DNA of 64,000 nt from Marsupella aquatica (taxonomy: Eukaryota; Plantae; Marchantiophyta): the NCBI GenBank assembly GCA_973895155.1, contig OZ316896.1, positions 3,386,738 through 3,450,737 of the forward strand, given 5' to 3'. The notes beneath the pieces are model-generated. The model saw only the letters and a program-made list of their open reading frames with translations. It made no database searches and was not told the DNA's origin. The position numbers and the translations under genes are program-made. Each line of letters begins with the position of its first letter. The first letter of the stretch is position 1. Below are positions 13,173 through 25,346 of this stretch, piece by piece.

Positions 13173-13824
13173 GCATTCTCACACTCTGACTGCTGCTCAA
13201 CTTCCCAGTCCTAGTAATGAACCAACCTGCAAGCCAGTGAACAACTTCTAGCAGAATGACCTCAGATGGACATAATCATAAGCAGTCCTTTCCCTAAACT
13301 ACAGTAGTCGATAGATGCTGTGGAGGACGATAGATACGGAAGGTGGAAGGCGCACGGGGACATAGTTTGAGCCAATCCTACGATGACGAAATTCGGAGAA
13401 CGTCCACGAGCTCTGAACAAAAATCCGCTCGCTGAAAGAATGTTTTTTGTTCACCATTTGATTCGTTCACAGGGTTGTCCTGATGGCACGGCTGGGGTAT
13501 GGTTTCTTGGCCAGGTGTGCCATCAGGGGTATGGTTTCTTGGCCAGGTGCTGGTGTTCACCACTCCCTCACTCCTGCGCAGAGTGGCTTTGAGCTGTTAA
13601 AAAGGAAAGAAAAATATGGACCATCAACGCTAACACACCAACCACTATAATATATGATCCTTCCATTTCTTTCCTAGCATCTTCCTACGAAATGCAATCT
13701 GGGCGGGATTTGTACACTATCCCTAGCTGACCGGGTTTTCCCACTATCCTTCTATCCTGCAATCGGCTGTACTCTTGCTAATTCTTGCCGGGATTCCTGC
13801 CCAAATTTATGTCTTTCCAAGCTC

Positions 13825-13829
<5 letters not shown>

Positions 13830-13874
<45 letters not shown>
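13830..13874. repeat. (CT)n microsatellite
   Basis: About 22 uninterrupted TC units. Confidence 0.95.
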
Positions 13875-13879
<5 letters not shown>

Positions 13880-15209
13880 CTTACTCTTAAATTTAGTGCC
13901 CTGAAATTTCGTCTCTCTTAAATTCCACTTGCAAATTCTTTGGTTCTGCACTTTGGAATCCAATTCAATCCTCTGCCAATTAGTTCCTCGATTGGCTGTC
14001 ATGCATAGTCTCGCGTAGCTGTATTTTTCTTGTTGCTCGTGTTAACTGGCGCTTCTCTATCTGGTTTCTCCGTTATCACATGGTACTCTCTAAACCTCGA
14101 GTCTAGACTACGGCAGGAAACATAAATTTGCACGAATCCAAAATAGTGAGATCATGAAATTGATCGAATTAGCTCTCTGAGTGAGCTAATATTACTTATA
14201 GAGACAACTTGATTGTCATGATGAGTGACATGAAACGGACGTATTGTAGCGTGACGAGAAGAGCAAGATGGTGTAGAATCGCAAATACAGTGTCACTTAG
14301 TTGCGAACAGGAAAGAGCAATCATCGAGTACCCATTACTGGATGAGTATTACAAAACACCCAGAAAATGCTCCCTGCTGCAAGGTCATGTAATGGAATGT
14401 CGAAGCTCGTGGAGCGCGAGTGAATCGAAGAACGGTGGATGATGAAAACGTGATTGCGTAACGAGGCGCATTTGAGGTGAACTCCTACAACATTGTCGAG
14501 CTTAAAGAATTCCTAAGACAAATACACCTGGTACGAGGAGGAGGGATCCAGCGAGCATTGCATGTAATGTGCCCAGATCCTACGGGATGACTGCGCAGGA
14601 GAGAAGAACCCACGAGGATGCACATAGCATTGAATTAGAAAATGGACAGTGATATGTTTGTGTACAAGAAACTTTATTTTGCTTGATCTTTGAGTGAATA
14701 GGTCTGTTCACGAACGCCCTTTGAAGCAATTTTAGTCAGTGTGACCCAGATTGAGCGTTGATTTAAAGTGTGAGTCGAAATGCTAACAAGCAAAGTTTGC
14801 CCGGCCACAGAATTCAGATTTAAGAGAGACGAAAATGTGGCAACCTGATAAAATCGAGTCTAGCACATTTGGTGAACTACTAATCCCATTGATTTTCGTA
14901 CTACAATACACTTGGCACACACAGCACAAACTTGATAAAGAAGAATGATCATACTTTTCAAAATCGGCGACAGAGCATGTACCAAATGTGTACAATAGTG
15001 CGCCTGTGAAAGAGACAAGTCGTTGCGCATCGGGCGAAACCGCTAGCATGTGTACGTAATGGGCGAATCCGCTAGCATGTGTACGTAATGTAATAAGCCC
15101 TACTGTAATTCTACATGTACATCTACCGTATTCGATGTGTTATCTTCTGTCTACCAGTCATATATGTAGAAATGACAAGAACCCCGCCTGTTAGCCATCT
15201 GCAACGACA

Positions 15210-15983
15210 TTAATTAAGGACATTAGAAAATGCGTCCATAACGTCGAACCATGAGCCTATCCTGGAAGCGACTCTCAACCAATTCGTTGGATCGATGCAT
15301 TCTCTAATGATGCGGATGGCCAAAGCCATCAACTTCTCTGCTGTCGACTCTAGTTGTTCGTCGTTCATTGTAGCAATGTTGGGAACAGAGGGTTTGTTCC
15401 CCCTTCGCGCAAAATGTGCAATGAGCTTCTGTTCTAGTTCCTGTAACGACTGGTCTCTCGCCACTTTGTTTCTCCTCTCTCTCACTAATTTATCGCTGAT
15501 AGGAGGAATGTTGACTGCAAATTTTTCATAATCGCCCATGTGGGGTGGAAGCAACGTTCTGTTCTCTTCGAGCCACTCATCGGTTGCATCGGTGAAGAGA
15601 ACAACGAACGCGTCTTCAGCACCCTCGAATATTTTAGCGAACAGCGTCCAAATCACCTTATCCAGTTCAGTCATTCTACTCGCCTTTTGCACGAAGATTA
15701 TGTGGGAGTACGCATCCCTGACCTGCTTGAGAAAGCTTTTCAACTCAAGTTGCGCTTCCTCATGCGACCTGGTTCCGGACTCTGCTTCTCCAAGACCTAT
15801 CGTGTCTACGACAGTCCAACCCCTTCCGGATTTTGTGATGATCTCTGAAGTGCACCCTGTCGGCGCGTCGCTGGCTGGAAACACCATCGGCTGCTCGATT
15901 CCTCCTGTCACAAGGACATTGGCAACAGTGGATTTTCCAGCGCCTGTTCTTCCGAACAGGACCACTCTCCTTTCTGAAGCCAT
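15210..15983 (-). CDS. AIG1/GIMAP-like P-loop GTPase, 257 aa, intronless
   Basis: G1 VVLFGRTGAGKST, G2 GCTS, G3 VVDTIG, AIG1-like IIFV...RMT...KIF...VVLFT segment, amphipathic C-terminus. Confidence 0.88.
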   Translation of the reverse strand: MASERRVVLFGRTGAGKSTVANVLVTGGIEQPMVFPASDAPTGCTSEIITKSGRGWTVVDTIGLGEAESGTRSHEEAQLELKSFLKQVRDAYSHIIFVQKASRMTELDKVIWTLFAKIFEGAEDAFVVLFTDATDEWLEENRTLLPPHMGDYEKFAVNIPPISDKLVRERRNKVARDQSLQELEQKLIAHFARRGNKPSVPNIATMNDEQLESTAEKLMALAIRIIRECIDPTNWLRVASRIGSWFDVMDAFSNVLN

Positions 15984-16006
15984 CGTGGTTCAAGCTGTCC
16001 TGAAGC

Positions 16007-16147
16007 AATTTGTAAGCTTCACAAGACTGAGGCACTAGTTACTCCGACGAATGAAATTTGTAAGCTTCACAAGACTGAGGCACTAGTTACTCCGACGAAT
16101 GAAATTTGTAAGCTTCTCATTCACATTAAGTTACTCCTACGAATGAA
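16007..16147. repeat. 48-bp tandem repeat (two exact copies, one degenerate) upstream of the GTPase gene
   Basis: aatttgtaagcttcacaagactgaggcactagttactccgacgaatga at 16007 and 16055, variant at 16103. Confidence 0.9.
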
Positions 16148-16150
16148 ACC

Positions 16151-16168
16151 TAATGTATATATACATTA
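16151..16168. promoter_or_regulatory. Palindromic TATA-like element, candidate promoter of the minus-strand GTPase
   Basis: taatgtatatatacatta is a perfect 18-bp palindrome ~170 bp upstream of the ATG at 15983. Confidence 0.45.
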
Positions 16169-17330
16169 ACTTTCGCAATCACAAACAGAGTGGACATCTT
16201 GGTCTTTCGCTGCTGTGATCCAAGTCAATATGGAGGTCAGTCCTCGCAGCTGTTCCGAGCCAGGGCTTTCCATCGCGCCCCTACTGTAGATGCTTTGGCT
16301 TGGACGCGGGAATAGACTTTCTACAGCTTGAGAGAATAAACAGTACTCTGATTCCCATATTTGTTGCTCCGGTCAATTAGGACCTTTGAAAAAAAGGGCC
16401 CGAAGAATGTACCCCTACTGGAGAAGGAAGCTTCCAAGCACGCGGCTGGAGCACCGCTATGTTCGTGGAATCAAACATTTTTCTGATTCCCATAATGGGG
16501 TCTCTCCGCTCAATCTAACACGGAAAGGAAAAGAGCCCCCGAGCGGTGTACTACCAGAACCGTAGCCGGGAGCTTCCAAGCACGCGGCAGGAAGAGTAGA
16601 TGCCATTACAAGTCTCACACGTTTTCAAATCGCCTTGTTTAGCTCACTATACCTTCGTCAGCTCCGCTCATGCTGTTTGTGTGTATTTCGTGGATTGATT
16701 CGTTGGTCGATCACGCCTTCAGTATTGAGTCTTGTCCAAGCAACTAACTCTCTGTGATTGGTGCGCGTTTAAATGTTCATTTTCTGGTTTTGTTCCTCGG
16801 TGCGGTGCAACGTGCTGTGTGAAGGCGTGGTGTAGCCTGCTTGAGTACGTTTTCATGGAGTAAGATTTTGGCCAGGACTATTCTCACATGTAAGTGCTGC
16901 TACACGATAGAGGCTACTAGCAATTGTCAGCGAGATGAAAATTTCTGGATCCACTACACTGTTGGACATCCTCAAGTCTCGATCGCTGTTTTGAAGTAAT
17001 TGCTAGTCGGAAAGTTGTTGAGACGGCATATCTGTTTAAATTTGCTCCTTGGTCAGAAGGATCGACAACACTGGGATCTTCGTCTAGGTGCGATATTTGA
17101 AATCAGCCATACGGTCAGCATCATACCCTATTGCCGGCTAGATCAATGTCTTCCCACTGTGAATCTTGAGCTAGTTAGTTGATTTGAAGAGACGCGAATG
17201 TCACATCTTTTTGTAAAGAATAATGTGAACTTTTAATGGTTATTTCTTGCAGCTACTAGGAGGGGCAAACCAACTTAGCGAAGGACCTGAGCACGCCCCA
17301 CACCTGTACTGTGGGGTGAATCAGCATGCC

Positions 17331-18770
17331 ATGGCCTTTGTACCGGTCATCCTGGTTGTCGGAGCTTATAGCAAGTACAAAGCTCATGTCTCAGAGGCCC
17401 TCGCCAAGCGTCATAGTGGAGGGGAAGTTCGAAGGACTGAGGCAGGGGTCGTAAATTATAGGACGGAAGGGAGGCCAGTAGTTGTCGAATCCACATCCTG
17501 GAATGTTAACCGAAAGATCATGGAAGGAAGAAACTTGACAGAAATTGTAGATGATTGGATTTCATCAAATATCTTGAACGAGCTGTTTGGCAAGTTGGTT
17601 TCCGTTGTGTGTGTGATAGATTTAACTTCGCTTCAGCACAAATGTAATCTTTCGAAATCGAAATTGCATAGACGTATATATGCTTGGCTCACTCTGCTGG
17701 CTGATATTTTCCTCAATTGTCGAGCAACGATTACAATAGTTGTGCGAATAAAGGGTAGCGAGAATGTCAGTACCAACACTACGAAGAATAGAATCAGAGA
17801 ACTCCTTGTACAGGACGGATTTGAAGAGAGCAATATTGTTTTTCGTCGGCAAGTACCGAAGGTTGGGGAGGACCCAGAGATCCCCCTGACGCTTTCCGTT
17901 TTGACACCTAGAGAAGAGCTACATATTTCCAACCGGCCTGTCAAACTGATTTTGTTCGGGAGGACGGGCAGCGGCAAGTCAACTCTTGCTCAGATGCTTA
18001 CCCTGCAAAAGCTCGACTCTTGTTCCAACGCTTTTCCTTCCAACTCAGGTGTCGATGGAAAGAGCCTTGGAGTCAAACATGGTCAGGGTAGAGGCTGGTA
18101 CGTTGTTGATACGCCAGGTCTAGGAAAACCGTCAGAAAAACTTAGCTCCACATCCACACATCATCTCGCGATGAAGATGTTTGAAGAGATCCAGTTGACC
18201 CACGGACTTTTCACTCATTTCATATACGTGAAAAAACGAGATCGCTTTGACACGCTGGACGACGAGATCTGGAGGTTCTTTATGCAAATTTTTGGAGAAC
18301 ACATCAAAAGCAACTTCACTGTAGTGATTACTAATTCAGGCCAGGCCTGGGTGGAAACCCACATGGATGCTTTGCGGGAGAGTTTCACCGGTTGCGAAAG
18401 TTTTCTCAGCGCCGACTTCCCGACGATCGAGCCCGACGACAAAGAACTGGAGGAGGAAAACTGCAAGGTGCGAGTGGAATCTCTGAAGCAGCTCGAGGAA
18501 GGTCTTGCTATTCTAGGCAGACATCCGGTGGAATGTAACAAAACTAGACAGGTTTCTAAGACAACTGAGGGCCACGGTTTCCGTGAATCCGTCAGTTCGG
18601 TGAAAGATGCAACGAAACGTGCGGTAGGCAGAGCTCGAACAATTTCGGGGAAAGGTGCAACGAACCGTATGCGAGGCAGAGCTCTTTTTTCTACAGCCAA
18701 AGGCGTCGCAAATACTAATCCACGAGATGGGAACAAATGGAAGAGGATGTTCAAGAGTACTCGTCCCTAA
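17331..18770 (+). CDS. AIG1/GIMAP-like GTPase with an N-terminal degenerate G domain, ~479 aa, intronless
   Basis: First ATG at 17331. C-terminal domain has LILFGRTGSGKST, WYVVDTPG, THFIYV..RDRF, TVVIT. N-terminal half shows a similar strand pattern (VILVVGAYSKYKAHV, VVVEST, VVCVID) without a P-loop. Confidence 0.85.
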   Translation: MAFVPVILVVGAYSKYKAHVSEALAKRHSGGEVRRTEAGVVNYRTEGRPVVVESTSWNVNRKIMEGRNLTEIVDDWISSNILNELFGKLVSVVCVIDLTSLQHKCNLSKSKLHRRIYAWLTLLADIFLNCRATITIVVRIKGSENVSTNTTKNRIRELLVQDGFEESNIVFRRQVPKVGEDPEIPLTLSVLTPREELHISNRPVKLILFGRTGSGKSTLAQMLTLQKLDSCSNAFPSNSGVDGKSLGVKHGQGRGWYVVDTPGLGKPSEKLSSTSTHHLAMKMFEEIQLTHGLFTHFIYVKKRDRFDTLDDEIWRFFMQIFGEHIKSNFTVVITNSGQAWVETHMDALRESFTGCESFLSADFPTIEPDDKELEEENCKVRVESLKQLEEGLAILGRHPVECNKTRQVSKTTEGHGFRESVSSVKDATKRAVGRARTISGKGATNRMRGRALFSTAKGVANTNPRDGNKWKRMFKSTRP

Positions 18771-21700
18771 AACGGTCCCAAGTAGTTGCATTTCTACCTA
18801 TCAGGCCAATTCCCAAACGTAACTTCAAAAACAGTGAGGTCCTCGTGCCTGATTCTTGTAGTGAGTTACTGTCACAAATATTACATACCCCCGTAGTTTT
18901 AGGTTGTCGTCGATGTACCTGGGAATCCTTCAAAGGTCCCAGCTCGGAAGAGCCTTGTAATTAAGAGCACAAATTGGAGATTGTCAGCTGTGTTCCCCCT
19001 ATCCTAGAGGTTTGGGGCCTTTCTGATTTTGTAGGGGCCGTGAGATTTGGTTCTACACAAATGCACACGAAAGGCACGGGTGGCAGATTGTGCACACAAT
19101 AAAAATGTAGAGCTTGCAAAATGTCGGAATCTGAGAGGAATTGTAGATGTTTATCGATGTTTGAAGAGTCTCAGTCTCCTAAAAGTTAACAGCGTTTTAT
19201 CTGAGTAACCAACTACTGGAAACGAAAATTGCCATGACGGTCTTGAAAGGTAGCCAGGGCGCAAGTGATTGCCTCTCAAGGAGCTTTGCAAACGATGTTA
19301 CGCGCATTAAAGTGCTGAATCCCGAGATTTTAACTCTTCAGCACGTTCAAGGGTCAGTGCCGGGACAGTGCAATTGTCGAGCTGGAAATGTAGTAGACCT
19401 TCAGGAAATTGAATGCCTCAAACAATGTCGACCTTCTGCGTGAAATCTGACAGTCTCATTCCCAAAAGTGCGTTAATGAACAAGAACCGTCTGGAACATC
19501 TATAGAATTAATTATGCCTTTTGCGCTTCGGAAATTTCAGATTGCGCGCTGCTATAAGGAAAGCTCAGGTCATGGCAAAGAAGAGATTCAAGCCACGTGA
19601 ACGCAATTAGTCATCCAGCTATTGGAGCCTCTCAAACCACCTCATTCCTGAGCTTTCCCTTTTCCTTGACCAAAATGTTAGGAGGCCGGGTCAAAATGCT
19701 AGGAGACCAGGTTTGTACTTGTCCGATAAATGAGGGATCTGGACCCCTACATCTGACATGTGTCACACCCCATCATCCCGGCCCCCTACCCACACCCTAC
19801 CCCAACCCGGCCCAACCCCAACCCAGCCCCGGCCCAGGCTTGTCCCAACAGGCTTGGGAATATAGGCAAATATACAACACCTCTTTTAGAGCCAACAAAT
19901 GACAAGTTGTAGTGTTGCTCATGTAGGATAACTGCTTGTGTTCGGACAATACAACAACTTGTCAGTCAATTCAAACCCAGATCATAGACCAAAAATATGT
20001 GGTTCCCAAAAAAGTGACGGACTGGGTCACAGACCAAAAATATGTGGTTCTCACAAAAGTTCACCCAAAAATATGTTGTTCTCACAAAAGGTGACCGAGA
20101 GTAACTTTAGCTATCAATGTAGAGAGCAGACGTACCGTTTTCACACAATATGCATGAGTGCCCTTCCAGAATGGTTGGGAGCCCTTCAAGAATTGTCAGA
20201 GACCATTCTAAATGGATTCTGAAATTGTGGGTGCCCAAATTCAAGTCAAGTGATTAAACTCAATTAGTCATATTGAAACCCCAGCACTACAGCAAGCCAG
20301 AACCAGTTTCCACCTGAATTCAGTTCCTCCTCCATTGAGCCAAGCAGTCGTCCAAGCTGTAGCAACTTAACAAAGAACGGTACTCAAACAACCTTGATTA
20401 ATTTGCAGGGATGGTTCCCTTCTCCAGGATGAGCTTAGTTTTGTTCTCTAACAGCTCAGTGAAATCAATGAGAATAAATGATGACTGTAGGTTAGTTTTG
20501 CTAGCTTGAATGTTGGACTTTTTCCTGCTTTCCAAGATGTGATTCTGAACCGTCCATTGGGAAGATACAGCTGCTCTTCACTTTGAGTAGCAGTTATTTG
20601 TTCAACAAAAAAAGCTAAGCCTAGCTTGATGAACCTTAATCTAAGTAGATGGGCTGCATCACAACCTTAAAACCTGATTGCATAACACATTTCAAACCCA
20701 AATTTAACAACTTGGCAAAAATAGCAGGGCTGGTGATGTGAAATGATATTAAAGTTATGATTATCCATCCCAACAAGGGGTCTCCCTAATTGTTGTCAAT
20801 TTTTTCGGTTCAAAAATGGTGTGTTTAAGTTACAATAACAATCCTAAGGGTCTAGACCTTGGTGGTTGCACTACCCAGCATGGTTGCACTACCCAGTATA
20901 TATTTATTAAGTGCTTGGGAGATCACTTCAATCTGCACTTTCTCACATGTGTTGTCATATTACACACACTCCTCATATGCTAAGCCCAGATACCACATGA
21001 TTCACCTGGATAAGTGCAAGAAACTACTTTACATGTTTTCCTTGCTGTAACTGATTAAAGCACATGTGCTATTTTTATGTTTGGTGAGAGCTGACTAATT
21101 GCAAGTATAAACAGTGCAAGTATAAACAGTGCATTCCCTAACTCTTGGGAATACCAAAGTTGAACCTGTGATCATCCGTCGAGGACCAATTTGGATTATC
21201 TCTTGCTCCGGTCCAAGTTTTCTTTGGAATACCTTAGATGATACAGGGATCATGGTTGGTATTCCAGAACAAATTCTAGAATCCTTCAAACCGTCCTAGG
21301 TTGTGAATCTCAAAGATGATCTATCCATGATCACCGTTGGTATTCCAGCACATCTTTCAACCTCCTCGGATCCTTGTTCCTTTGGGGGGAATACCAAATT
21401 TGATCCGGTGATCATCCTTTGCATTCCAATGCGAATTCCTGGTGATTTTGAATCTGGTGTAGGTATTCCTATATCCAATGCTCTCATCACGGACGAGACT
21501 TGCTTTCTCTCTGTTCTAAATTGAACAAATGCTTCCAGGGATCCTAAAGGTGAGCCAATTTGACTTTGTTGACATGGAAAACTGAGTAGACGTCATTTAT
21601 CTGGTTTAGTGGGTGAGACGTAATATGAAGAAATGTCTTTGTCACTTCCCTCTGAATCGGAGTCTTTAATGTCTACTTGGGGCTCCACTTGCTCAGAGGG

Positions 21701-24460
21701 TGGAAGTTTGGCTTGCAAATGAGAAGGAATAAATCTATGAACAACCCCGGGGGAGGATTGGATGGAACTAGCAATGCTTTCTTCTGACTCAGAGCTAGAC
21801 ATGGTTATCATAAACCCTATACAACCAAGGTTTCCCCATAGGATGTGCCTCTACGACTGCTTAAATACTACAAAATTTTCAAAATCTTGAGCGCCCTACA
21901 AATGAAAAATATGAAGGTCCTATGAAAGTGAAGCTCAAAATTTGATGATTGACCATGCTTTTATAGTTTTGGGGTTGTGTTTGCCACATGGCATAGCTTG
22001 ATTGGTTTTCACTAAGAGACAAAATATAGAAATGATCTGGTTTCCAGAATTTTGAGAGCATTATGATCCAGGTATCATGGTTGGGATTATACTCAATGTT
22101 TTGCTTCTAGTGACAAATGGACTGACCAGGTGTTTTGATAGGAGGTTTTTGTGTGTTCGCAATAATTATGATCCGTGTATCACGATTGTAATTCCTCTCA
22201 AGGTTTGGAGGATTGAAAAATAATTTAAAGCATGTTTTTGAAGATGTGTTTTGAGTTTGGGAACCCAATGATCCACTGATCACAGATTGAATTCCCCCCA
22301 TTATTTTATGGGCTAGAAAATTATTTGTATTTTCAATGGGTAGTTTTGTGTATTGGCAACAATCCATGATCCGTGGATCATGGTTGGGATTAGGTTTGAT
22401 GGTTTGAATCGTGCAACAGTGTTGTTTAGTCGTGAGTCTTAGCTTAACCAGAAGTGAGTTAAAGTAACTGACTATGGATGTAACTGCACAGTTGCGTGGT
22501 AGTCCCTAAACCTTGGGTTCACATGACGATCAAATTTGGAGTTTTGGGTATCTTTTAATTCATAAATTATAACTGTTATTTCACTTGAAGAATCCGAGCT
22601 CATCTGAGACCATAATATGTGACTCATTTTGGCTCATGTGACTTCATTGTGACTGAACATATTGTGACCCAGGCTGTGACCCTTGGAGTTGCAAAAGTTG
22701 AGACCAAAAAATAGAAGTCACTATTGATACTGGACATTGCGACTTGCTTGATACCCATTTGTGATTGATCTGTGACTCCATTATGGAGTCTAGCCTTGTT
22801 GATACGTGACTGCAATGTGACTTTAATTAGTCACAGGGTAAATCATGTCCATGACTTACTTGCCCTTAAGAGTGACTAGCTTGTGATCTTTTAGTGTCAC
22901 ATAATAAACCCTAATAAACACAACCATTTGGGTCTCTACATAGTCATGTTTATAAGTAATAAGGTTGAGATGAAATTTAGTGATTGAAGTTGTAACCATG
23001 ACTAATCCAATAATGGATTATAACAATTGTGTAACACTTCATAAGGAGAGATAGTCAATTCATGAGCACTCCACATTACAATACAAAAGAAAATTCATGT
23101 TCATCATCACTTTAGAAGTATAACATATTAAATATATAATAAATAAACTTTATCTCATTTTTTGTACGCGAAGTTAGCATGCTTTATATCCATTGCTCTT
23201 TCTCACAGACTTCACTACACCCCCTTGCAAACAAGAGCCGACCACAAGCTTGAAAGAAGAAAGTTCAATTTTCATAAACCACAAAACCCAGTATGTCAGT
23301 TAGAAACATCAAAATCCAGTATTTCAGCTAGCAATTACAAGTTTCAAACTTCTGAAATAATATTTAGGGTATTTCAGACAAAAATTACAAGCCGTCTTAA
23401 ACATACTGTACAATGGTCACATTAATGGTCTATTTCGACTAGGGCTTAAAAGTAGCTCTCATTGAGAGAGACTCTTCAATAGCATGTAGATTTAAATTTT
23501 TCTAAACTTTAGGCTCTCACTACCATTTCACAACCTTGCTGACGATCGTGTTGACTTGATGGTTCAAAACGTAGTTCTAATCATAACGTAGAATCATGGT
23601 GGATTAGCAAAAATGGATTGCAAGAACTTTATGTTGTGAGAAATCTCTGGAAATGATCCGTTTGAATTGGCTGAAATGGACGGCAGAGAGGTAGCATGGA
23701 GCGATGCTCCGGGCATGGATACGAGGAGGGCACTGTTCATTTGGGCGCGAGAGCATAGCAATCGGACAGACGTAGAAGCACCTTTATACTGACTGGGCAG
23801 CTGTGGTTTAGGTGTTGGACTGGCAAATGTCGAGGATGGGTTCTCAGGTGCTACTTAGCCAATTTCAGGATGCCTTCTCCCTCCACATCCTACAACTTCA
23901 CAGCTCCAAAAAGTGAAAAGGCAACTGTCCTATGTATACACAATAAACATGTGGGAAGAGATGTGAACAACGCTTCCACTTGAAGCAAAGAGAATCAGTC
24001 ATCACTGGGACTGCTGGGAGAGGAATCCGCTTCTAGGAATCTGGTCATTTTTTTGAAAGCGGCTGCTGACTTTAATAGCCTTTTTCTCTCCAAGTGCTTC
24101 TCAATGTAACCAGCAAGATCAGCATTCAGCCCTCTGTCGTAGAGAAATATTTGGAAGTTATTCACCAACTCGTCCTTGCCATTCCTGCATCAAGAGGCGA
24201 GGACCACTAAAGATTCAAGTCCCAAAACTCATCCCTAAGTTCCCAGGCAAAATATGTCAATTTGAATGTACCCGCTTCAGACAGACTTTAGATAACATCA
24301 ATGGCAGCAAGAAACCATTAATGGACGATGCCTACCAAGACATCCTTAGATAAAATCATATTCACCTCTGCATAGGAAAACTTTAGTTTGGGACTGTGAG
24401 GTAGATACCTGTGAGAATTATCAATCTAAACCCTCAAAATCTGATGAAATTCAGACAACA

Positions 24461-24557
24461 GTGGAGGCTCATACAAAGAAATTCAACCAAATATCAAGTG
24501 TACTTCATAAGGATTGACCCCTCAGAAGCACGGATAGTATTTAATCATTGCCTCCAC
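24461..24557 (-). ncRNA. Box C/D snoRNA, U36a-like, copy 1
   Basis: 8-bp terminal stem GTGGAGGC/GCCTCCAC; C box AUGAUUA, D' CUGA, D AUGA; guides complementary to 25S rRNA AAGAAAUUCAACCAA and AAGCGCGGGUA. Confidence 0.85.
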
Positions 24558-24688
24558 GATGTGTAACAAAGAGACGAGGTGACTTCATTTTATGTATTCC
24601 TCGTTTCATTTCAGTACTGCTGAATACCAAAAGATAAGACGAACACCTATACCTACCGGTAGGATCTAAAATGGATCAACCAACTAAA

Positions 24689-24774
24689 GACTCATACAAA
24701 GAAATTCAACCAATATTGAGTATGCTTCATCAGGTTTGAACCCTCAGAAGCGCGGATAGGATGTAATCATCGTC
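24689..24774 (-). ncRNA. Box C/D snoRNA, U36a-like, copy 2
   Basis: gac-GAUGAUUA...UAUCCGCGCUU-CUGA...UGAUGA...UUGGUUGAAUUUCUUUGU-AUGA-gtc. Confidence 0.87.
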
Positions 24775-25250
24775 CTCAGTCTCTCGAACCATCCTACATA
24801 CGAGAATCAGCCAAGAGAGGACAACATAGCTAACAGACATCTCCGCGTCCGAGTAGCAAAGTATTCATCTCTCCTAAGCACACGTCCCTACCGTTCACTA
24901 CCATCCTTCGCGTCAATGTCTTACTGTGTCATCCCATGCATTGTTGATATTCACTAAAGCGCTGCTGGTTTGGTTTTTTGTTCAATCCGTCTGTTAACGC
25001 GCGCTTTTCAAAATGTGTACAACAGTGACCCTAAGCCTATCTCAGTTAATACATTGTCTGAATAGCGGTGTCAACTTGTTTTTTTTTATCGAAACGTCTT
25101 CAACTGTTGACTCCCCTATTAAAATATAAGCCATTAGCTATAATTCATTGAGCCATCGTAAACCGTTCTGTAAATGACTCAGAAACTAACGAATGGTAGA
25201 CTGAGAAAACGATTACTAATTACCACGGAATGAGACATCAATAGGATTGG

Positions 25251-25346
25251 GTGACAACTCATACGAAGAAATTCAACCAATGTGATGATATCTTCATCAG
25301 GTTTGACCCATCAGAAGCGTGGATACAATTTAATCATTGCCTTCAC
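25251..25346 (-). ncRNA. Box C/D snoRNA, U36a-like, copy 3
   Basis: Same boxes; D guide UUGGUUGAAUUUCUUC is a perfect complement of 25S GAAGAAAUUCAACCAA. Confidence 0.85.
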
